Assembly: GCA_016721435.1 (NCBI GenBank)
Contig: JADKIC010000011.1
Location: forward strand, 13,446 to 77,445
Origin: Bacteroidota bacterium
GTDB taxonomy: Bacteria; Bacteroidota; Bacteroidia; AKYH767-A; OLB10
Direction of reading: 5' to 3'
DNA: 64,000 nt
The translations under genes and the position numbers were made by a program. The stretch's first letter is position 1, and each line of letters opens with the position of its first letter. A model generated the notes under the pieces. That model had not been told where the DNA came from. It made no database searches and saw only the letters and a list, made by a program, of their open reading frames with translations. This document shows, one piece after another, positions 11,493 through 22,656 of this stretch.

Positions 11493-12641
11493 ATGAAGAA
11501 ATCAGAAAAGTTGAAATTTAAATTGATCCATACGGATGAAGCTTCAAAAGCCCAGGCCGGAATAATAGAAACCGCACATGGGAAAATAGAGACTCCTATT
11601 TTTATGCCGGTGGGTACAGCCGGTACAGTCAAAGGTGTTCATCAGCATGAACTGAAAGAGGACATCGGTGCTCAGATAATTCTTGGTAACACGTATCATC
11701 TTTATCTCCGTCCGGGAACTGAACTGCTGGAACAAGCCGGCGGGCTGCATAAATTCATGAATTGGGAGGGTCCGATACTTACTGATAGTGGCGGATTCCA
11801 GGTGTTTTCATTGAGTGGTATTCGTAAAATAAAGGAAGAAGGCGTTCAGTTTACCTCTCATATTGATGGCTCCAAACATTTATTTACTCCGGAGCGTGCT
11901 ATGGATATCCAAAGAAGTATCGGAGGAGATATTTTTATGGCTTTTGATGAATGTACTGCCTATCCTTGTGAACATAAAGCGGCAAAGAAATCGATGGAGT
12001 TGACGCACCGCTGGCTGGAGCGCTGTTGTCTACATACCGACAAGCATCCTCCGCTTTATGGGTATCATCAATCCTTATTTCCGATTGTTCAGGGCAGTAC
12101 CTATCGGGACTTGCGTATTCAAAGTGCTGAATTCATAGCCTCCATGGACAGGGAAGGCAACGCCATCGGAGGTCTTTCTGTAGGAGAGCCTATTGAGCAA
12201 ATGTACGAGCTCACGAATCTCGTGACCGACATACTTCCTAAAGATAAGCCACGTTACCTCATGGGCGTAGGAACACCGGCCAATATACTCGAAGGGATTG
12301 CCCGCGGGGTAGATATGTTCGACTGTGTGATGCCGACAAGGAACGCCCGAAACGGTATGTTGTTTACAAGTGAGGGAATTATCAATATTCGAAATGAAAA
12401 GTGGAAGAACGATTTATCTCCACTTGATGCAGAAGGTACTTCCTATGTAGATAAAGGGTATTCCAAAGCGTATCTTCGCCATCTGCATATCTCTAAAGAA
12501 ATGCTGGCGGCCCAAATCGCGACCTTGCATAACCTCAGCTTTTACCTTTGGCTGGTGAAAGAAGCCAGAGCCCATATATTGAACGGTGATTTCAATTTAT
12601 GGAAAAAGGAGATGGTTGAAAAAGTGAGTAGAAGACTTTAG
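11493..12641 (+). CDS. tgt: Queuine tRNA-ribosyltransferase (tRNA-guanine transglycosylase).
   Basis: Full-length 382 aa with hallmark Tgt motifs (PIFMPVGT, LGNTYHLYLRPG, DSGGFQV, zinc-site CVMPTR...). Confidence 0.9.
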   Translation: MKKSEKLKFKLIHTDEASKAQAGIIETAHGKIETPIFMPVGTAGTVKGVHQHELKEDIGAQIILGNTYHLYLRPGTELLEQAGGLHKFMNWEGPILTDSGGFQVFSLSGIRKIKEEGVQFTSHIDGSKHLFTPERAMDIQRSIGGDIFMAFDECTAYPCEHKAAKKSMELTHRWLERCCLHTDKHPPLYGYHQSLFPIVQGSTYRDLRIQSAEFIASMDREGNAIGGLSVGEPIEQMYELTNLVTDILPKDKPRYLMGVGTPANILEGIARGVDMFDCVMPTRNARNGMLFTSEGIINIRNEKWKNDLSPLDAEGTSYVDKGYSKAYLRHLHISKEMLAAQIATLHNLSFYLWLVKEARAHILNGDFNLWKKEMVEKVSRRL

Positions 12642-12711
12642 AAAGATTATGTTAGAATTAATAGTATATGCAACATCAATATTAATCTGTTTATACAAGT
12701 ACCTGTAGAAA

Positions 12712-13795
12712 GTGAAAATTAAAATTCTCGATTTATATATTATTAAGAAATTTCTGGGGACGTTTTTCTTCGCCCTGGCATTGATCATTTCCATTGCCAT
12801 CGTATTTGATATCAGCGAAAAAATTGACGATTTTCTCGAGAGAGAGGCACCTTTGAGGGCTATTGTCTTTGATTATTACATGAACTTCATTCCTTTCTTC
12901 GCTAATCTTTTTAGTCCGCTGTTTATTTTCATTTCCGTGATTTTTTTCACATCTCGTATGGCCGGTCAAACAGAAATAATAGCCATACTTGCCAGTGGGG
13001 TGAGTTTCCAAAGACTTCTGGTTCCATATGTTGTGTCTTCACTTATCCTGGCATTGCTTTCTTTTTACATGAATAATTATGTGATTCCACATTCAAATAC
13101 AGCACGTATAAATTTTGAAACGAAATACATTAAGAATCCCTATATCTTTAAGAATCGTCACGTTCACCGTCAGATTGCTCCCGGTCAATGTATTTATTTC
13201 GAGAGTTTCAATAATATTGACAAGATCGGTTATCAGTTTTGCTATGAGAAAATCGAAAATGATAAAATCGTTTTTAAGTTGCTCTCAGAAAGAATTTATT
13301 GGGATACACTGAAGAATAAATGGACGCTTGAGAATTATTTCACCCGGGAGATTAACGGGATGAAGGAGAAAATTGAAACCGGCTATCGCATGGATACGGT
13401 CTTTGCTTTTTATCCTTCGGAATTCAACAGGAGAACCAATTTCATTGAAACGATGGATACCCCGGCATTGAATGATTATATTCGTCAGGAAACGCTGCGA
13501 GGATCCGAAGAGGTGCCCTTTTATCTGGTGGAAAAATATAAGCGACTCTCCTACCCTTTTGCTACATTCATTCTTACGATTATCGGTGTTTCTCTTTCCA
13601 GTAGAAAAGTACGAGGAGGTATTGGCGTTCAGATTGGTGCCGGTATTCTTTTAAGCTTTACCTACATCATGTTTATGCAGGTCAGTCAAACCTTTTGCCA
13701 CCAACGGAAATCTTCCGGCATGGCTGGCCGTTTGGATCCCAAATATTTTTTACACCTTTATCGCGATCTACCTGCTCAGAAAAGCTTCCCAATAA
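12712..13795 (+). CDS. LptF/LptG-family (YjgP/YjgQ) LPS export permease. A frameshift lies at a T4 run near 13687; the true C-terminus is in the +1 frame and ends at 13795.
   Basis: N-terminus MKIKILDLYIIKKFLGTFFFALALII is typical of LptF/G. After VSQTF the annotated frame turns to nonsense. The +1 frame instead reads the conserved ATNGNLPAWLAVWIPNIFYTFIAIYLLRKASQ tail. Confidence 0.75.
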
Positions 13796-13844
13796 TCCGG
13801 AATTAGCGATTCGGGCGACGACTTTGAAAAAGTTTTTTCTGATT

Positions 13845-14993
13845 TTAATCTACCAGCGTTTCACTGGAATCGTACACCCTGATTCTGTTGTAAAGGGTGT
13901 CTCGTTCCACAGGAATTCTGCCGGATTGCTGAATAAGTTCAACCAGTTGTTCAGTCGTTAACACCGGAACCTGTTCTTCTGCTCCTGCTAATGAATAAAT
14001 TTTGGTACTGTCATCAATAGTTCCATCCAGATCATCTACTCCAAAAGATTGAGTGATCTGAGCAGTGCTTCTTCCCAACATCGGCCAATACGCTTTTATA
14101 TGATCAAAATTGTCCAGATAAATCCGGCTAATGGCATAGGTCTTTAAGTCATCAATAAGTGTTGATTCCGGAATATTGTCCATATCATTATCCATATTTC
14201 TGAACTTCACCGGGATGAAAGTTTGAAATCCTCCGGTCTTATCCTGAAGTTCTCTCATACGGCGCATATGATCAACTCGATGTGAATACTTTTCAACATG
14301 TCCATAAAGCATGGTGGCATTACTACGGAGTCCTGCCAGATGTGTAGCTTCATGAATTTCGAGCCAGCGATTGGCATCCGCTTTATCGGCACAGATTTGC
14401 TCGCGAATGACTTCATCGAATATCTCTGCACCACCGCCCGGAATGGAATCAAGTCCTTTTGATTTCAAAAAGGCAATTCCTTCAGCCGCTGACATTTTCG
14501 CCTTTCGAAACATATAGTCCAATTCAACAGCAGTGAATCCTTTAATGTGCAATTCCGGCCGGTAATTTTTTATTTTTTCCAGCAGTTGTCCAAAAAATTG
14601 AAGATCCAGTTTTGGATGAACTCCTCCTACAATATGCACCTCTGTTATAGGCAGATGATCATAAGCAACCACTCTTTGAAACATCTCTTCAATGCTCAGT
14701 TCCCAACCTGCTTCTTTCTGCTTGTAATCCTGTGAATAAGAACAAAATTTACAGGAGAAGACGCAAACATTGGTAGGCTCAATATGAAAATTACGGTTGA
14801 AAAAAGTGTAATTCCCATTCTTCTTTTCACGTATATAATTTGCAAGAATTCCGCAAGAAGACAATTCTCCTTCTTCAAAGAGATAGTTCGCCTCCGTGTC
14901 ATTGATTCGCTCACCATGAATGATTTTAGTGGTGATGTGCTGCATCATAGCATCATTATGTTGCAAGAGGTGTTGAATATTTTCTGCTGACAT
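13845..14993 (-). CDS. Radical SAM enzyme of the menaquinone futalosine pathway, MqnE/MqnC family (aminofutalosine synthase-like).
   Basis: 382 aa with a CxxxCxxC cluster (CVFSCKFC) and MqnE/MqnC-like overall sequence. Confidence 0.7.
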   Translation of the reverse strand: MSAENIQHLLQHNDAMMQHITTKIIHGERINDTEANYLFEEGELSSCGILANYIREKKNGNYTFFNRNFHIEPTNVCVFSCKFCSYSQDYKQKEAGWELSIEEMFQRVVAYDHLPITEVHIVGGVHPKLDLQFFGQLLEKIKNYRPELHIKGFTAVELDYMFRKAKMSAAEGIAFLKSKGLDSIPGGGAEIFDEVIREQICADKADANRWLEIHEATHLAGLRSNATMLYGHVEKYSHRVDHMRRMRELQDKTGGFQTFIPVKFRNMDNDMDNIPESTLIDDLKTYAISRIYLDNFDHIKAYWPMLGRSTAQITQSFGVDDLDGTIDDSTKIYSLAGAEEQVPVLTTEQLVELIQQSGRIPVERDTLYNRIRVYDSSETLVD

Positions 14994-14996
14994 TTT

Positions 14997-16640
14997 TTAG
15001 TTACAGTTAGTTGGCCCGTTAACGCCATTCTCTCCGGGCAAGTAGATGAACCGGACACTTTCGGAGAAGAGATCGCCTTCTATATTCAGTAGGTAAACAC
15101 CACTTTGAAAGGATGTCAGATCCAAAGGGATGGCATCGCCCGGGTTAAGATTCATCTTCTCTTCAAACAAAACCTGACCGATGGTGTTTATTATTCTTAC
15201 TAATGAAAGCTGACTTTGATTCCGGCAAGACTTCACGCATATTCCACGTTGACCGGAAACCGGATTTGGGTATGCGCTTATCTTACAAGTAGAGCAATTC
15301 TCATTCACCGCACTATTTACTTTAAAGCCGGCACTGGCATAATTATTTACGGAGTTACTGTCTGTTCCCATCAAGCGGAATTCCATCACCTGATTTCCCA
15401 TATTAGTACCAATTTCCGGTAAGATAAAATGAGTAGTATCGCCGGAGGCCAAATTACCTGTCCAGTGAAATGATTTTTGTAATCCCTGATAAAGTCCGTA
15501 AGCGATTTGAAGTTCTTTAATGGTATCGGCACCATTGTTCTTAATTCGGATTTCCGGCTGTAAACAACGGTCTCCCGCGAGTCGTACCGGATTTAAAACG
15601 GAATCAATAGCGGCATCATATCCTGTGTAAGCCGGCAACAAATGACCGCTACTTAATTTCAATGAATCACGAAGACCATCCACAATAATTCTCATTTTTG
15701 CAACCTGTCCGGGGGTAAAAAACATCATACAGCGGTCGTCGGTATAATCCATATAGTTCATGTACATAATTCCCGGGTCAACGGTAGAACACTCATCCAA
15801 TTCCGGAAATTTTTTACAGCGGAAAGTAGGTGCAGCCTGATTGGGAGTATCATCTAACTCAGTTTGCGTAACAGGGAAATCTTTGCCGAGGCAATTATCA
15901 TTATCATCTCCCCAGATATGATTGAGTGAAAACCAATGTCCAATTTCATGGGTACAAGTGCGCCCTGCATTGTAAGGTGATGCAGCAGAGCCATTTCTTC
16001 CCAGTGCTTTGTAACTAATAACAATGCCGTCAGTGGGTGCAGAAGATCCGGGATAGGCTGCGAATCCCAATGCATTTGAACCCAGCTTACACACCCAAAC
16101 ATTCAGATAGCTGCCTCTGGGCCACGCATCATGACCACCGAGAGCAGTTGAAAAGAGAGCAGGATCAAATATGGTATATTCGGTAATGTTAGTAGATGTA
16201 CGTGTAATACCTTTTGTGAAATTCCCGTTAGGATCCCTCTTTGCCAAAACAAATCGGATTTTACTGTCTTTTTTCAAACCGGTCCATACAGCAGGAACAT
16301 CCATTGAAGAAGCATTGTTGACGGCATAATCTTCATTCAATACATCAATTTGAGAAACGATTTGCTCTTCACTGATATTTTGTTCCGATGTGTTGTACAA
16401 AATATGAAAGACAACAGGAATAATAAGCGTAGTATCAGCTAAAGCAGACTCTTTGTCTTGAAAGATATTGATGGATTCTATTGACTCAAACCGCGTTTTA
16501 TAGGCCGCATCAGATTTAAGTTTGTGGGAATGCCATTCGCTGGTCAGGCAACGATGTTCCTGACTAAATAATGGATGAGAAAGTATAATGAGAGAGAATA
16601 GAAAAACCCGGAGGACTTTCCCGTAATAGGATGATTTCAT
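14997..16640 (-). CDS. Secreted M43-family zinc metalloprotease (cytophagalysin/pappalysin-like) with a T9SS C-terminal domain.
   Basis: Signal peptide, HEIGHWFSLNH zinc motif (HExxHxxxxxH), and a C-terminal CTD-like segment (SAYPNPV...GVYLLNIEGDLFSESVRFIYL...). Confidence 0.75.
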   Translation of the reverse strand: MKSSYYGKVLRVFLFSLIILSHPLFSQEHRCLTSEWHSHKLKSDAAYKTRFESIESINIFQDKESALADTTLIIPVVFHILYNTSEQNISEEQIVSQIDVLNEDYAVNNASSMDVPAVWTGLKKDSKIRFVLAKRDPNGNFTKGITRTSTNITEYTIFDPALFSTALGGHDAWPRGSYLNVWVCKLGSNALGFAAYPGSSAPTDGIVISYKALGRNGSAASPYNAGRTCTHEIGHWFSLNHIWGDDNDNCLGKDFPVTQTELDDTPNQAAPTFRCKKFPELDECSTVDPGIMYMNYMDYTDDRCMMFFTPGQVAKMRIIVDGLRDSLKLSSGHLLPAYTGYDAAIDSVLNPVRLAGDRCLQPEIRIKNNGADTIKELQIAYGLYQGLQKSFHWTGNLASGDTTHFILPEIGTNMGNQVMEFRLMGTDSNSVNNYASAGFKVNSAVNENCSTCKISAYPNPVSGQRGICVKSCRNQSQLSLVRIINTIGQVLFEEKMNLNPGDAIPLDLTSFQSGVYLLNIEGDLFSESVRFIYLPGENGVNGPTNCN

Positions 16641-16752
16641 GCAACTACAAAAATAAGAAGAAAAAGCCCCTCTGTCAAACTTATTACCGGCTATCCTATA
16701 AAAAAGAAAGGGTCATCCTCGATAGAATGACCCTTTCCTGAGATGTATTGTT

Positions 16753-18925
16753 TTATCGGGCGATCTGTATTTTCTCTAATCGTCGACCTTCTTTGGTTCG
16801 TACTTCCAGGAAATAGAATCCTTGACTCAATTCATTGACATCCAATAGGTATATGCCATTTGATGCAAAGGGTTTTGTTACTGAAGAAACCCTTCCGCCC
16901 AGCATATTTAAGACCGTGAATTGTACATCAGATTTAATTTGCAGATTGGGAAGCATCACATTCATCGTTGATCCTGCAGGATTCGGATAGATACTTAACT
17001 CAAAGGAAGCATTGTTTTCTCCAATACCAACCAAAGGACAAATGACAGGAAGCATCAAATGAGCCACATTGATACCCCATCCATTGGGTTGAGCTAAACT
17101 ATAAGGATGCCATGTATTATCACTCCATCTTTCATAGGCGGTTCCAACGGCAATATTACCATCTGCACAATGAATAATTGCCAATGTATCACCGGCATTG
17201 TAACCAAATTCAACACCTACATAAATATCTCCGGACACCGGAATATTTGGAATAAAGTCAACCCATAAAGCATCTCCTGTTGAGGCATATGAAGCAATGG
17301 TATCATAACTTACAGTTGTCGTTCCTAAAATGGTGTTAGGCAATCCGGATGTACCATTATTATCCCATACGTACGTTCGCAGTTTGACCGGTTCCTGAAC
17401 TTGTACCCACTCCAAAAACGATAAATACGCCATCAACTGTTTGGTTAGTGCCACTGATGCTATAAATATCAGCCTTTGCAATATCTCCATAATTATTTTG
17501 TCCGGAAGCATAACCTACCCCACCTGTTCCACCTGAAAGAAGGATTGTCGCTGTATCTGTTGCAAAATCAAAATTTGTTATGGTATCGCAAGCAGAAGTA
17601 GTGCTTCCTACAGTAATATATGCTGTTTTCGTTTCTGTATCGGAACCGCCGCCATTGGTGGCTACAAGACTTACTGTATAGGTTCCTGCTGAATTGTATA
17701 CAATGTTTTGAGGATTTTGCTGAGAAGAGCTTGATGGTGTTCCACCTGTAAAGGTCCAGGCCCATCCGGTCGGAGAATTCGTACTTTGATCTGTGAAATT
17801 TACAGAACCGCCAACGGGTATAGAAGTAATATTAGCCGTAAATTGAGCAACCGGTGCTGAGGATGGAGCATTGCATGCTGTTGAATTTCTCTGTGCTACA
17901 CGCATCGGAGAATTCAGCAATACGGTTTGAATTCTTGTCTTTTGATTCGTAGTAAACATATTCAAACAATCATCATCACAATAATCCATGTAATTCATAA
18001 ACTGATCACCGTTAGGACCATTACCACAGGTTACACTAGGATAAGAAGGACAACTAAAATTAGCTGTTTGCTGAGTAGGTGTATCTGCACAAAAATCATT
18101 GCCGCAATTACTGTCTCCCCAAATATGGCGCAAGCCGAGCCAATGTCCTATTTCATGAGTAGCCGTTCTTCCCTTATTATAGCTGGGATCCAGTGATCCC
18201 ACACGTCCACATGCCCTGTACCAGAGTACAACTCCATCAGAGGTGGCAGTACCAAAATTTCCGGTTAACCCTGTTAAACCACTTCCTGAAGGAAATGTAG
18301 CATGGCCCAGCAATGGATTTCCAAAGTTGTCTGAATAATCCGGAACTACCCAAATATTCAGGTAATTATTCGTGTTCCAAATTGTGGCTGATTTTATGGT
18401 GGCATCTATATAGGTATTCGTATAAGGTGGTGATGAAAAACCTGCCGTAATTCTGTTAATCCGATCAATTCCCGTAGTAGGATTTCCACTTGGATCAGTT
18501 TGTGCCAGACAGAAGTTTACTTCGCAATCAGCTGCTGCAGGAAGAAATGCGGCAGGCGTATTAGCTGCGTCCAAATTTAACCGACGAAAATCCTCATTCA
18601 ATACATCTAATTGTGATAAAACCTGTGCTGTCGATATATTATAACTGATTCCGACATTGCTATTATTATGAATAATATGAAAAACAACCGGAATCGTATA
18701 AACAACAGCGGCTCCTTTATTGACTGCATTTTGTTGTTCCATCTGCTGAATCAACGGTTGTAGCCATTGTTCATACTGATGATCAAGTTCACCTGTCCCA
18801 CATGTTCGTTGAGGTATGGTTTTAACATTTGACGTCTGGTGAAAAGGTTTAGTGATCCTTTGCTGGCCGACTACCGGTAAGGTGAACGTAGCCAGCCATA
18901 GTAAGGATATCAGAATTTTTTTCAT
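16753..18925 (-). CDS. Second secreted M43 zinc metalloprotease with a T9SS C-terminal domain, read as two ORFs overlapping at 17360-17511 (one frameshift).
   Basis: ORF 17360-18925 has signal peptide MKKILISLLWLATFTLPVVGQ and the HEIGHWLGLRH motif. ORF 16753-17511 ends with a typical CTD (FELSIYPNPAGSTMNVML...GFYFLEVRTKEGRRLEKIQIAR). Confidence 0.7.
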
Positions 18926-19209
18926 GTATTTATTAATTTTTTATAGGATGTTGATTGAAGTGTAAAAGTACAAAAAACAAGTCCGTTTCAATTCAAGTAA
19001 TGGAATTATTCATAAAGACCATCCTTTTTACTTTCTGAAGACATTTCTAAGCTTTGTCGGAAAGTCTAAACATCTGACCATTCACAGATTTATATCAATT
19101 CATTATCAGTTAAATGTAAAAATTAGTAATCCGGAGGTGGTTTTCTGCAATGGCAACCTTGCTTCTCATTCAGGAATGTTAAATTTGTTACAGATTAATA
19201 AAATAGATT

Positions 19210-19911
19210 ATGAGCATTACACGAATCCTTTTAGTGGAAGACGAACAAAGCCTGGCCGATACAATTAAATTAAATCTGGAGATGGAAGGATATAAGGTGC
19301 AATTAGCCAATGATGGAAAGAAGGCACTCCGGATGTTCAAACAGGAGCGATTTGACTTAGTTATTCTGGATGTGATGTTGCCGGAAATGGATGGTTTTAC
19401 AGTTTGTGAGGCTATCAGACTGGACAATGAACATGTTCCGGTTTTATTTCTCACGGCTAAGCATTCTTCGTCTGATCGGGTTACCGGTTTGAAAATGGGT
19501 GCAGATGACTACCTGACCAAACCCTTCAATCTGGAGGAACTTCTGCTCCGGATTCAAATACTTTTGAAAAGAGCGCAAAGGAATGGTGAAAAGTAACGGC
19601 TGTCCTCTCCAATTATAGTTTTGATAATTTTAACATTAATTTCTCCGAGATGTCAGTAGTTACTCCGGAACAAAAGAAAATAAATCTTACAAAAAGAGAG
19701 AATACGCTCCTGAAATTGCTGATTGACCGTAAAAACGAAGTTGGTATCCAGAGAGCATATTTTAGAAACGGTATGGGGATATGATATCTACCCTTCTACC
19801 CGTACAATTGATAATTTCATCGTTACCTTCCGAAAGTATTTTGAGAAAGACCCCTCCAATCCGACCCATTTCATTTCAGTTAGAGGCGTGGGTTATAAAT
19901 TCATTGAATAA
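19210..19911 (+). CDS. OmpR/PhoB-family DNA-binding response regulator (orphan, no adjacent kinase), disrupted by two frameshifts near 19595 and 19745.
   Basis: Receiver domain in ORF 19210-19596 (LLVEDE...DLVILDVMLPEMDGF...LTAK...DDYLTKPF). The winged-helix domain (SREHILETVWGYD...VRGVGYKFIE) is in ORF 19723-19911. The linker reads through in a third frame. Confidence 0.7.
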
Positions 19912-20092
19912 TATTTATCAACCCTGTCTGTTAGTTGTACTTTTCATAGAATTACTTATAGAATGATTTTACTTTTCAAAGAAATGGTAAGCGCTAAGAA
20001 GTTGATACGGCCATAGTAGAAATATATTATTTTTTAAATGGTTTTTCTTTCAACCATTCACTCACCAGACAAAACAAATACTTAACATCTCA

Positions 20093-22027
20093 ATGAAGAA
20101 ACATTATCTCGCAGCGCTTGCGCTTAGTCTGACAATGATGGGAAACGTGTATTCCCAAAACAGTAGAAATTGTGGTACGATGCCCCATTTACATGAAATG
20201 GAGCAACAGGATCCTGCTCTTTCAACAAGAATGGGGAACATCGAACGTGAAACCCAAGAATGGATCAATGAAAATCAAAGTAATGCAAATAAAGGTGTTG
20301 CTGTAGTCACGATTCCTGTGGTGGTTCATGTGCTATATAATACAACAAGTCAGAACATTTCTGATGCACAAATCAACTCTCAAATTAATATCCTTAATCA
20401 GGACTTCCGTAAACTGAATGCCGATATCTCCATTGTTCCTTCTGCATTCACAAGTCTGACCGCAGATTGTGAGATTCAATTCTGTCTTGCTCAGCGTGAT
20501 CCTTCCGGAAATGCCACAAATGGCATCATTCGGAAATCAACTACTGTAACTTCGTTTTCATCTAATGATAATATTAAAAGAGCTGCTAATGGTGGTTCTG
20601 ATGCCTGGAATTCTTCAGCATACCTGAATATTTGGGTGGGTAACTTAAGCGGTGGATTATTGGGTTATGCTCAATTTCCCGGCGGTACAGCTTCTACAGA
20701 TGGGGTTGTGATTCTTTATACTGCATTTGGAAATACCGGTGTAGCAGCTGCTCCATTTAACAAAGGCAGAACTGCAACGCATGAGGTGGGTCATTGGTTG
20801 AACCTTCGTCATATCTGGGGTGATGCTACCTGCGGTAACGATCAGGTGACAGATACCCCTACTCAACAAACTGCCAATTATGGTTGCCCTTCTTTTCCTC
20901 ATGTAACCTGCAGCAATGGACCCAATGGCGACATGTTTATGAACTACATGGATTATACAGATGATGCTTGCATGGTGATGTTCTCTAATGGACAAAAAAC
21001 CAGAATGCTTGCCAGTTTGAATACCACAAGAGCTTCATTATTGTCTTCTCAGGGTTGTGTTCCACCCACTGGAGGGTCATGTGGTATTCCTGCTTCCTTA
21101 TCTGCCTCAGGAATAACAGCAACTGCTGCTACCTTAAACTGGAGTACTGTTTCAGGAGCGCTTAGTTATAATGTTCGTTATAAAGTAACCGGAGGAGCTA
21201 CCTGGACAAATACAACAAGTACTACCCTTTCCAAATCTATTTCGGGACTTACAGCCTCTACTTCTTATGAATTTCAGGTGCAGGCAGTATGCAGCACAAC
21301 TACAGGTTCTTATTCTTCTTCATCAACTTTTAATACAACAGCGGGGTCTTGTACCGATAGTTATGAATCAAATAATACCAAAGCGAAGGCAAAAGTAATC
21401 CCGGTAAATACCAATGTCTCAGCAAAAATTTCAACTGCTACCGATAAAGATTGGTTTACATTTTCCACCGTTAGCGGATCAACCAATTTGCAGGTAGTAC
21501 TTGATCTTTTGCCTGCTGATTACGACATGAAATTGTACAATTCTGCGGGCTCACTGCTGACTACTTCTCAACTAGGTGGAACAACCACTGAAACCATTTC
21601 CAGAAATACAACTACTGCGTCCTCCTACTTTGTGCAGGTTTACGGATATAGCGGTGCATTTAACAACACGGCATGCTACCGGTTGCGTATTAATACTTCC
21701 GGATCGCCTTTTAGAAATGGTACGGAGGAAGAATATGTCGAAGGAAATATCAATGTTCAAAAAATATCCGGACTTGAAGGGATTAACTTGTTTCCAAATC
21801 CTGCGAATCAAACGCTTAAGTTGAACTTTTTCAATACTCAGGATGCAGTTGTGACAGCTGACCTCATGGATATGATGGGAAGATCGATCTACTCTACTCG
21901 TTTGAATGCTACTGAGGGCTTCAATAGCACTGAAATGAATACCGCTGATTTAAAAGATGGAATTTATTTCTTGCGATTAAATATGGGTAATCAGACAGAG
22001 GTTCGAAAGTTTATCATCAAGCATTGA
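20093..22027 (+). CDS. Third secreted M43 zinc metalloprotease. Domain order: M43 catalytic, fibronectin-III-like, pre-peptidase C-terminal (PPC)-like, then T9SS CTD.
   Basis: Signal peptide, [11 protein letters not shown], an FN3-like segment ([18 protein letters not shown]...YEFQVQAVC), a PPC-like segment (DKDWFTF...DYDMKLYN...YFVQVYGY), and a C-terminal CTD ([15 protein letters not shown]...[22 protein letters not shown]). Confidence 0.8.
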   Translation: MKKHYLAALALSLTMMGNVYSQNSRNCGTMPHLHEMEQQDPALSTRMGNIERETQEWINENQSNANKGVAVVTIPVVVHVLYNTTSQNISDAQINSQINILNQDFRKLNADISIVPSAFTSLTADCEIQFCLAQRDPSGNATNGIIRKSTTVTSFSSNDNIKRAANGGSDAWNSSAYLNIWVGNLSGGLLGYAQFPGGTASTDGVVILYTAFGNTGVAAAPFNKGRTATHEVGHWLNLRHIWGDATCGNDQVTDTPTQQTANYGCPSFPHVTCSNGPNGDMFMNYMDYTDDACMVMFSNGQKTRMLASLNTTRASLLSSQGCVPPTGGSCGIPASLSASGITATAATLNWSTVSGALSYNVRYKVTGGATWTNTTSTTLSKSISGLTASTSYEFQVQAVCSTTTGSYSSSSTFNTTAGSCTDSYESNNTKAKAKVIPVNTNVSAKISTATDKDWFTFSTVSGSTNLQVVLDLLPADYDMKLYNSAGSLLTTSQLGGTTTETISRNTTTASSYFVQVYGYSGAFNNTACYRLRINTSGSPFRNGTEEEYVEGNINVQKISGLEGINLFPNPANQTLKLNFFNTQDAVVTADLMDMMGRSIYSTRLNATEGFNSTEMNTADLKDGIYFLRLNMGNQTEVRKFIIKH

Positions 22028-22114
22028 TTGAGATTTCGGATTAACGCATAAATAAAGTATTAAGTTAATGGTAAAAGAAGCTCTTCATTTGAAGGGCTTC
22101 TTTATTTTAGCACC

Positions 22115-22656
22115 ATGTTAAAATATACATTTCCGATAATTATTGATGAACATCTCTTGCTGAGGCCCTTTCGCATCTCGGATATTTATTCTTTGGCCAT
22201 ACATGCGAACAACAAAAAGATTTCTGATAATTTGAATGATGGCTTTCCGTATCCCTATACGGAGAAAAATGCAACTGAATTTATCGACAGCCTTAAAAAT
22301 GATCAACCTCCAAAAATTCTTGCGATAGTTTATAACGAAGAAGCAGTAGGTGCCATAGGAATTTTTCCTCAGTCAAAAGTTCAGCGTTTAAATGCTGAAA
22401 TAGGTTATTGGGTTGGAGAAAAATATTGGGGAATGGGGATTGCATCAGGTGCATTGAGAAGCATGTTGGCCTATGCATTTGAAAATTTCGACCTGATGCG
22501 TATTTATGCACGTCCTTTCCTCATAATCCCGCCTCGCAAAGAGTTCTGGTAAAATCAGGATTCAAACTGGAAGCCATAATTAAGAACGGACTTTGCAAAA
22601 ACGATACTATCTTCGATGAGTTAATTTATTCTATGCTGAAGGAGGATTTTATATGA
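22115..22656 (+). CDS. GNAT-family N-acetyltransferase (RimJ/RimL-like), with a frameshift near 22515. Its stop overlaps the ATG of the next gene (ATGA).
   Basis: Motifs AIGIFPQS...GYWVGEKYWGMGIASGA. After ARPF the conserved SHNPASQRVLVKSGFKLEAIIKNG continues in the +2 frame to a TGA at 22654-22656. Confidence 0.65.
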